Origin: an uncultured Coriobacteriia bacterium
Lineage (GTDB): Bacteria; Actinomycetota; Coriobacteriia; Coriobacteriales; QAMH01
Assembly: GCA_948466335.1 (NCBI GenBank)
Contig: CAOKAE010000001.1
Location: forward strand, 162,664 to 226,663
Length of the DNA stretch: 64,000 nt
Direction: 5' to 3'
Shown here one piece after another: positions 51,096 to 57,669 of the stretch. The notes beneath the pieces were generated by a model that was not told the DNA's origin, made no database searches, and worked only from the letters and a program-made list of their open reading frames with translations. The number at the start of each line of letters is the position of its first letter. The stretch's first letter is position 1. The position numbers and the translations under genes were made by a program.

Positions 51096-51521
51096 TCAGT
51101 CCCTCACTTCGAGGAGCTTGACCCAGTACACGATGTCCTTGCCTGCGAGAGGGTGGTTGAAATCGATGGTGGCCACCTGGTTCTCAACGCTCACCACCTT
51201 TGCCGGAATCGGCTCGATATTGCGCGGGGAGGTCCATCCGATGTACTCGCCAACAGGCAGGTTTTCACCATTGGGAACCTTGTAGGTGGGGAAATGCTGC
51301 ACGGCGCTCTCATCGTATTCGCCGTAGGCGTCGGCTGCGGCGAGCTCGACGGTGCGCTCCTCGCCCGGCTCCATGTCGAGCAAGGCGTCCTCGAGGGCCT
51401 TCATGACCTGACGTCTGCCGAGGACGATCTCGTGGGGCGCGCCTCCGCAGTCATCGAAAACCTCGCCGTCGGGAAAGCTGCCGCGATACAGAAAGCATGC
51501 GGTCTGTCCTTTGTCTGCCAT
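51096..51521 (-). CDS. FKBP-type peptidyl-prolyl cis-trans isomerase (SlyD-like)
   Basis: 141 aa from ATG 51521 (MADKGQTACFLYRGSFPDGEVFDD...EIVLGRRQVMKALEDALLDMEPGEERTVELAAADAYGEYDESAV...IDFNHPLAGKDIVYWVKLLEV). The ORF-track start 51644 is an unlikely extension. Confidence 0.75.
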   Translation of the reverse strand: MADKGQTACFLYRGSFPDGEVFDDCGGAPHEIVLGRRQVMKALEDALLDMEPGEERTVELAAADAYGEYDESAVQHFPTYKVPNGENLPVGEYIGWTSPRNIEPIPAKVVSVENQVATIDFNHPLAGKDIVYWVKLLEVRD

Positions 51522-51585
51522 GCCGGTCCTTTCGTTGCGCAGGCAGCGTCGCGAAAGACGCCTCTGCTCGTTCGAGGATGGTTGT

Positions 51586-51750
51586 CTAGTGCCAGCGCTG
51601 CGAGGTGAGGAAGAATCCCTCGACGGGCTTGATCTCGCTGTCATCGTCGACGAGATCGGCGGCGAGCTCCTCGGCGTTGTTGCAGATTGCGCTCACGGGG
51701 GCTTCGATCTCTTCGACCTCTGTCTCTTCGGTAATCTTCTCGTCAGCCAT
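51586..51750 (-). CDS. Small acidic protein (54 aa, hypothetical), not in the ORF track
   Basis: ATG 51750-51748 follows GGAGAGGAAACC. It translates to MADEKITEETEVEEIEAPVSAICNNAEELAADLVDDDSEIKPVEGFFLTSQRWH-stop (TAG 51588-51586). High GC3, same strand as the PPIase gene and 64 nt upstream of it. Confidence 0.45.
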   Translation of the reverse strand: MADEKITEETEVEEIEAPVSAICNNAEELAADLVDDDSEIKPVEGFFLTSQRWH

Positions 51751-51984
51751 GGTTTCCTCTCCTCTTCATCGGATGCAGGGTCGCCAGACTCTGGCGAGCG
51801 CGCCCTCATCACCTATGCGAGAGCGACCCGTATGAAATTCCGGCGTCCATCAGATGGTAGTTCCCAGCTCAGCGCCTGCATATCGTATGAAAGGTATGAG
51901 ATTGGTCGCGAACTATCAAACTCCTCGCTCGATGACTTGCTGCTCACCGAGACGATAGGGTGTGCATCGATGATGGATAGCGGA

Positions 51985-52047
51985 GGGTCTGTCCCCGGAT
52001 TATCAACATCATCCCATGGCGAAGGTCGTGACGAAGGGTCTGTCCCC
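51985..52047 (-). repeat. REP-like pair, 2 reverse copies in the divergent intergenic region
   Basis: GGGTCTGTCCCC at 51985-51996 and 52036-52047. Confidence 0.9.
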
Positions 52048-52079
52048 CTTCTTCCCAGAGAGACATTCAGGAGGAAATC

Positions 52080-53363
52080 GTGATTCGAAACGTCGATGGT
52101 GATTCCGGCGCAAGCGAAGGTGCGCGGAGGTACCAGAATCCGGTGCTCGTGGGCATCGTCTTGCTCGTATCCGGAATATCGGTGGCGATGATCCAGTACA
52201 AGGTCCCCACCATCATGACGAATCTCATGGGCATCTTCTCGATGGATGCGGCGACAGCCTCGTGGCTCATGTCGGTCTTCACGCTCGTGAGCATCTTCGT
52301 CGCGTTGCCCGCGGGCGCCCTTGCACAGCGTTTTGGCGCCAGGCGGATGCTCGTTGTCGCATGTGGCATCGTCATCCTCGGTTCGCTTGTCGGCCTTGTC
52401 TCCGAAACGAGCCCGATGCTCATCGTTTCGCGGGCGATCGAAGGCGCCGCGCTTACCATCCTCACGACATGCGGGCCGATTATCGTTCAGCAGAACGTGA
52501 GTCCCGAGAAGGTCGGCACCTCGATGGGCATCTGGGGCATCTGGGGATGTCTCGGGTCCACCGTCGCGGCCGTTCTCACGCCGACCGTTTTCGGCATGTG
52601 GGGATTTGACGGCCTCTGGATCGCGTTTGCCGTGGTCAGCGGCGTTGCGGCTGTCCTCGTCCTGGTCTTTATCCGCAAGCCTCCGTCCGCCCCTGCAGCG
52701 CCCGAGGGTCTGTCCCCCGATCGCCATGCGCCCCAGGGGTCGTCTCAGGGGTCTGTCCCCGCAATGTCAGGTGAGGCAACGATTGTCGAGAAGCCTCGCT
52801 ATCGCGACATGTTCTCCAAAGACATGTTCCTGTTCTTCGGGGCCTTCGTTGTCTACAACATCTGCATGCTCGCGATTCTGGCGTTCGTCCCCACGATTCT
52901 GCAGATGCAGGGCTTCGACCCGACGCTCTCGGGCATCATCAGCACGGCGCCCATGTTGCTCTCGATCATATCGTCGCCGCTCTTCGGAGTCGTCTCCGAC
53001 AAGATCGGCCGCAACAAGCCGCTGCTGATCATCGCCATGCTCGTCATGGGTCCCTGCACGTTTTTGCTCTACACGCAGACCGGGCCGTTGCTCTGGGTGG
53101 GCGTCTTCGCGATGGGACTGCTCGGCATGGGCGGCATCGGCCAGTATCTCTCGGGATTCACGAAGCTGCTGCCGAGTCCCGACCTCGCGTCGGTGGGCAT
53201 GGGAGTGCTCGTCACGTTTCAGGGCGTCGGTCAGTTCCTCGGCACGTTTTTCGTGCAGATGCTTCTGGGGCCGCAGCTGACCGAATGGTGGTTTGCCGGC
53301 ATGGTGCTCATGCTTCTCGGCTTCGTCGGCACGGCGCTCATCGCCCTGTGCAAGCTACGGTGA
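52080..53363 (+). CDS. MFS transporter
   Basis: GTG 52080 follows AGGAGGA. 427 aa with about 12 hydrophobic helices in two halves. MFS loop motif ALPAGALAQRFGARRM between helices 2 and 3. Confidence 0.85.
   Translation: MIRNVDGDSGASEGARRYQNPVLVGIVLLVSGISVAMIQYKVPTIMTNLMGIFSMDAATASWLMSVFTLVSIFVALPAGALAQRFGARRMLVVACGIVILGSLVGLVSETSPMLIVSRAIEGAALTILTTCGPIIVQQNVSPEKVGTSMGIWGIWGCLGSTVAAVLTPTVFGMWGFDGLWIAFAVVSGVAAVLVLVFIRKPPSAPAAPEGLSPDRHAPQGSSQGSVPAMSGEATIVEKPRYRDMFSKDMFLFFGAFVVYNICMLAILAFVPTILQMQGFDPTLSGIISTAPMLLSIISSPLFGVVSDKIGRNKPLLIIAMLVMGPCTFLLYTQTGPLLWVGVFAMGLLGMGGIGQYLSGFTKLLPSPDLASVGMGVLVTFQGVGQFLGTFFVQMLLGPQLTEWWFAGMVLMLLGFVGTALIALCKLR
52706..52760 (-). repeat. REP-like doublet (reverse) translated inside the MFS central loop
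   Basis: GGGTCTGTCCCC at 52706-52717 (read as GLSP) and 52749-52760 (read as GSVP). The reverse complement carries the arm ctgacattgc. Confidence 0.9.
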
Positions 53364-53369
53364 CAATGC

Positions 53370-53416
53370 GGGGACAGACCCCTGGCTGTCCGGACTGACA
53401 ATGAGGGGACAGACCC
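53370..53416 (+). repeat. REP-like doublet (forward) immediately after the MFS stop
   Basis: Cores at 53370-53381 (arm gtgacaatgc) and 53405-53416 (arm ctgacaatga). Confidence 0.9.
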
Positions 53417-53720
53417 TCGGATCGCCCCTCGATCGCCCCGCTTGCATTTGGACGCTTCTCACCATCTTTTCACCTGCGCGTTTGCCGCACATATCACATG
53501 CGTCATACTTTTTATACGATGGTTTCACCTTCCCTCAGACGATATATTGAAACCGCAAGTAGGGGGTTGTGTCGATGCATCATGTGCGCTGTGTCTCTCG
53601 TGGTCGCGGGGAGTCGCAATGCCGTCACGCGGGCCACGCCCTTCATCAAAAACGCCACTCTCCGGGGGGGGGTGCACTCGCAGTGCATGCAGTGCGCTGT
53701 GCGAGTCAAGGGGGCGTGTC

Positions 53721-55241
53721 ATGGGGGAAGTAGTACCAGAGCGGGAAGCCGAACAAACCGCGGAGCGCAAGCCAATCGGCGGCAACGAGGCAGATTTCGA
53801 GGCCGTCCTCATCGACGGCATACTCGGCTTCAGCCTTTCTCTCGGCAACGCCATCCTATTGCTGGTCGGGGCGGTGACGCATGCCGGCTCCTTCTTCGAC
53901 TCCGCGGTCATCACCGTTATCGCCGCTCTTGTGTCCGCGGCCTTCTTCAAGATCGTCCAGCTCAAGACCGATGCAATCTCCCGGCGCCTTCCGCGTGTCG
54001 CCTTCGTATGCGGTCATGCGGTGTGCTTCCTCGTCGCCATCGTCGGCATGTACCTGGGGCTCCAGTACCTTATCGCCGTGGCCGCGGCGCTTGGCCTGGC
54101 TGACACCCTCATCCTCTACGGGCGATTTCTCGCGGCACTCGCCCGCAAGGCCCTCATGCTCGTCGTGGATGCGGCCTTTCTGTACCCTGGCATCATGCTG
54201 ATGGTCATAGTCAACGTGCCGTGGCCCTATGACACGGTCATTCTCTCGGCCATGGTGCTCGTCACGATCGTCGTCGCCCTTCTCTTCATCCGGCGAAACT
54301 ACGACTTCGGAGAACTCATCAGTGCCGCCGATTCGAAGGCGCGCAGCATCAAGGCCAAAGGCAATGTCCATACGCTCTTCCTCGTCGGCTTCATGATCAG
54401 TGCGTTTCTGCTCTTCAACTCGCTGCCGTTTACCCTGGAAATATCGAACACCGCGCTGGGCCTGGCCTTTGCGCTTGCGGGTATCGGATCGCTGCTCATG
54501 CGCCAGATCAACGAACGCGGCACGAAAGATGCGATGCGCAAGACCACGGGACTCGCCTCCCTCGTCTTGCTCCTGCCGCTCATGCTCGTTCCCGGCGAGA
54601 TACAGCTCGTGCTGCTCGCGTGCTATAGCTGCTATGTCGTTCTCGAGACGCTGACCATACTCGACGCGATCGTCGAGACCGTCCGCTTCAACCTCATCGC
54701 GGCCATGTGGCTCATCGGTAAGGAATGCTCGGTATTCTTTGGCGGCATAGCTGCGGGTGGAGCGATATTTGCGCTGTTTCCCTGGATCGCCCGCGTGCTA
54801 GGTCCCGAATACGCCATGCTCATCCTGTGCATCGTGGTGGCCGCGTTTTGCGCGTGGCTGCAGATAAAGGTCAACTACCAGGTCTACCCCTATGAGCCCA
54901 TCATCGAGGAGGAGGTTGACGAGGAGGTGACCGCGCGCATCGAGCGCAACGGTCGTCGCAAGGACCTCTGGCATCAGAAGATTGATGCCGCCTGCGAGCA
55001 ATATCGCCTGTCACCTCGCGAACGCGAGATATTGCCCATCCTGCTGAGGGGCCGCGACGCCAAGTACATCATGGACACCTTCTACATCTCGCAATCCACG
55101 GCCAAGACGCACATATATAACATCTACCGCAAGTTCGGCATCCATTCGCGCCAGGAGCTTCTCGACTTCGTCGAGGACATCGAGTTCATGGAGCTTGAGA
55201 TGCCCGATGAAGCGGAGCGCCCAGACGATTCCGCGCAATAG
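53721..55241 (+). CDS. LuxR-family transcriptional regulator with an N-terminal multi-pass membrane domain
   Basis: ATG 53721 follows AAGGGGG. About 8-10 hydrophobic helices, then a C-terminal GerE/LuxR HTH (LSPREREILPILLRGRDAKYIMDTFYISQSTAKTHIYNIYRKFGIHSRQELLDFV). The ORF-track extension from 53442 is Cys-rich and unlike a protein. Confidence 0.8.
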   Translation: MGEVVPEREAEQTAERKPIGGNEADFEAVLIDGILGFSLSLGNAILLLVGAVTHAGSFFDSAVITVIAALVSAAFFKIVQLKTDAISRRLPRVAFVCGHAVCFLVAIVGMYLGLQYLIAVAAALGLADTLILYGRFLAALARKALMLVVDAAFLYPGIMLMVIVNVPWPYDTVILSAMVLVTIVVALLFIRRNYDFGELISAADSKARSIKAKGNVHTLFLVGFMISAFLLFNSLPFTLEISNTALGLAFALAGIGSLLMRQINERGTKDAMRKTTGLASLVLLLPLMLVPGEIQLVLLACYSCYVVLETLTILDAIVETVRFNLIAAMWLIGKECSVFFGGIAAGGAIFALFPWIARVLGPEYAMLILCIVVAAFCAWLQIKVNYQVYPYEPIIEEEVDEEVTARIERNGRRKDLWHQKIDAACEQYRLSPREREILPILLRGRDAKYIMDTFYISQSTAKTHIYNIYRKFGIHSRQELLDFVEDIEFMELEMPDEAERPDDSAQ

Positions 55242-55242
55242 G

Positions 55243-55391
55243 GGGTCTGTCCCCTTATTTTTCCCTTCGCATTTCCCCCGGCTGACAATCAGGGGACAGA
55301 CCCTCACGCATCATGCTGACAGTCGGGGGACAGACCCCGTCGTGTCCCGTCGTGTCGACATGCCCGCGTTTGACAGCCGGGGGACAGACCC
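55243..55391. repeat. REP-like cluster: 1 reverse copy then 3 forward copies
   Basis: Reverse copy at 55243-55254, 2 nt after the luxR-type stop. Forward copies at 55292-55303 (arm ctgacaatca), 55326-55337 (ctgacagtcg) and 55380-55391 (ttgacagccg). Confidence 0.9.
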
Positions 55392-55735
55392 TCGCCCGTC
55401 ATCCGCCCCCGCCCCCGCTCCCCAGCCTTCGCGTTTCAGGATGAGCGCGACGACCAGAGGGGCTGAACGCGCCCCGGCGCTTCCGAAACGGCCACCCGCG
55501 GACCCTCATATCTGAGGTTCCATGCTCTGAGCAGGGCATTCGAAACCCACTCACAAAATTTCCACATTTGCGGCCAATTCTCGACTCCGAATAATCCCCG
55601 GACAATGAAACCCAAGGACACGTGCGCCCGCGCGCACGCGCCCCATCCCCGGGTTGTGCGGCCCGGGGCCGCCGACGCTCTGGAGAGGACGTCGGTTGGG
55701 GAGGGAATGTGATATTCGATGAAAGAGGAGGAGTT

Positions 55736-56974
55736 ATGTCTGATAAAGCACTGGACAAGTCCAAGTGTATAGACGGAAGCTACGGCTGGGTAGTCGTGCT
55801 GTTCACCATGTTGGTCGGCTTCGTGCCCGGTTCCAACATGGCGAAGGCGATTTCGCTCGCGCCAATCGTCTGCATGAACTTCCAGATCAACGAGGCCACG
55901 TTCGGCCTGATCGTCGCGTCTTTCTACATCATGGGCTTCATCATGGCGTTCCCCACCACGGGCCTCGTCAACAAGCTCGGCATGAAGGGCTCCGTCGCCA
56001 TCGCCGTCGGCTGCGGCATCGTCGGTTCCATCATGGGTGCCATGGCCGGCACCAACCTCACGGTCTTCGTCATCAGCCGCGTCGTCGAGGGCGCGTCCTT
56101 CGGCATCATGGGCGTCGTGGGCGCATCGTCCATCGGCCCGTGGTTCTCGCCCAAGAAGCGCTCGCTCCCGTTGTCCATCTGGTCCATGTGGGTCGCCGTC
56201 TGCATGTGCGTCTGCCCGATTCTCTTTGGCTGGCTCAACGAGTCAATGGGCGTTGACATGGCGGGCATTTGGTGGGGCACCGCCGTGTACGACCTGGTCG
56301 TCGGCGTCTTGTTCATCCTGTTCTACCGTCGCCCGGCCGACCTCGACGCCGTCGAGAACGCCGAGGATCCCACCGGCACCAAGAAGGCGAGCATCTCGCG
56401 CGCCCTCAAGAGCCCGATGCTCTGGGCACTCGCCCTCATCTTCCTGTTCGACGAGGCCGCCTTCATGGCCATCAACGGCTTCATCGTCCAGTACCTCACC
56501 ACGCAGCTCGATGCGTCGCTCGTCCTGGCAAACGCCATCTTCTCGCTGTTCGGCCTCATGGGTGCCCTGACGCCGCCCATCTCCGGCTGGATCACGCAGA
56601 AGTGGAACAACCACCGCTGGGTGCTACTCGTCGGCCTGTTTATCGCGGTCATCTACACCGCCCTGGTCTTCCAGCTCCAGAACCCGATGCTGTACTACCC
56701 GCTGTCCATCCTCGCCGGCATCGTCGGTGGCGCCGTTCCGTCCATCATCTGGCAGTTCACGCCCAACACCGTTGAGGACGCCGATATCCCGGCGGCCAAC
56801 GCCTTCATGGCGTTCACCCAGAACATCGGCATGACCATCGGCGCCCTCATCATCGGCAACGCCATCGTCATGTGGGGTTGGAGCATGGGTTCGCTCATTG
56901 GCATGGTGCCGCTGTACATCATCTGTCTCATCATCTACTTCGCCTTCGGCGTTCAGAAGAAGCTCAAGCTCTAG
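55736..56974 (+). CDS. MFS transporter
   Basis: ATG 55736 follows AGAGGAGGAG. 412 aa with about 12 hydrophobic helices. The ORF-track start 55622 is an Arg/Gly-rich extension. Confidence 0.8.
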   Translation: MSDKALDKSKCIDGSYGWVVVLFTMLVGFVPGSNMAKAISLAPIVCMNFQINEATFGLIVASFYIMGFIMAFPTTGLVNKLGMKGSVAIAVGCGIVGSIMGAMAGTNLTVFVISRVVEGASFGIMGVVGASSIGPWFSPKKRSLPLSIWSMWVAVCMCVCPILFGWLNESMGVDMAGIWWGTAVYDLVVGVLFILFYRRPADLDAVENAEDPTGTKKASISRALKSPMLWALALIFLFDEAAFMAINGFIVQYLTTQLDASLVLANAIFSLFGLMGALTPPISGWITQKWNNHRWVLLVGLFIAVIYTALVFQLQNPMLYYPLSILAGIVGGAVPSIIWQFTPNTVEDADIPAANAFMAFTQNIGMTIGALIIGNAIVMWGWSMGSLIGMVPLYIICLIIYFAFGVQKKLKL

Positions 56975-57354
56975 TCGCTTCGCGTACGGGGGATGCGTCG
57001 TCTTTCATGGCGGCGCATCCTCGCGCGCGTTCTTTTGCCCTTTGCGCGACGTGAAAGGGGACCTGAAAGTCGTCGTGTAAACCCCAAGTTCACAGGCGCT
57101 TTTCCCTGTGCCGTCAGACGCGAGGTACGAGGATATTTCGCGAGGGGTCCACGATTTCCGCACCTGTGTACGATTCTCAACTCGCGCACCTGAGCCCTAG
57201 TTTGTACGTGCCGCAATCCCTCGGCGGCACCGAAATGTCTCGAGTTCGTATTCCTCGAGTTGACATGAGCATCCGGCTCAATGGGACGTCTTCCTCGCAC
57301 AACGGCATGGCGCCGCGGAAGAGCGCCCCGGCTCTTTTGAAAGGAGAGGCGCGT

Positions 57355-57561
57355 ATGTGTTTTAGACCCGCAAGTTTCGAGTCCGAAGGTGACAACCCCT
57401 ATTTCGTTCCCAGCGATCCCGAGGACGCCGCTGCTCCCGGAGCACCGAGCGCACCTGGAGCCCCTGGCGCTCCCGGCGCACCTGTAGCTCCCGGCGCACC
57501 TGCCGCACCGGGCGCCCCCGCTGCTCCCGGCGCCCCGTCCGCACCGGGCCAGCCGTCCTAA
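57355..57561 (+). CDS. Small protein (68 aa) with seven APGAPx hexapeptide repeats (hypothetical)
   Basis: ATG 57355 lies 6 nt after AAGGAGAG (57341-57348). It translates to MCFRPASFESEGDNPYFVPSDPEDAA-APGAPS-APGAPG-APGAPV-APGAPA-APGAPA-APGAPS-APGQPS-stop. It ends 108 nt before the molybdoenzyme start. Confidence 0.45.
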   Translation: MCFRPASFESEGDNPYFVPSDPEDAAAPGAPSAPGAPGAPGAPVAPGAPAAPGAPAAPGAPSAPGQPS

Positions 57562-57669
57562 AGCCAAGGCAAGGTACCGGTTCGCGCCGGCGGGAGTGTC
57601 CTTGCCAGACGACTGGATCACGAACGCAAAGTGCAATGCAGGTTGAGAGAGAAGAGGAAAGGAAAGAGC

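Noticed and set aside
44059-52727. ORFs spanning element arrays (44059..44280, 44135..44389, 44153..44341, 47341..48006, 50718..51032, 50901..51608, 51813..52727)
   Set aside because: Their products are strings of GDRP/GTDP/GQTL/GSVP/GLSP/VCP peptides generated by translating the repeated 12-mer. They lack RBSs and overlap better-supported genes or terminators.
53442-53720. N-terminal extension of the LuxR-type ORF from 53442
   Set aside because: The extension is Cys/Arg-rich with an atypical, A/T-richer composition and contains the G9 tract and palindromes. ATG 53721 has an RBS and begins the membrane domain.
55568-55595. Sigma-70-like promoter TTGCGG-N16-AATAAT upstream of the second MFS gene
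   Set aside because: The -35 box matches only 3 of 6 positions and there is no supporting evidence. It is not reported as a feature.
56975-57354. Possible Moco riboswitch or promoter in the 380-nt gap upstream of the molybdoenzyme cluster
   Set aside because: I could not match the conserved Moco-motif core by eye. There are only generic features: a TTGACA at about 57258 without a convincing -10 box, and a CTCGAG...CTCGAG mini-hairpin. A covariance-model scan is needed.
46141-57669. ORF-track starts 46141 (moeA), 48636, 55622, 57166 and 57631
   Set aside because: In each case a downstream ATG has a much better Shine-Dalgarno sequence (46192, 48753, 55736, 57355, 57670), and the upstream residues look non-protein-like.
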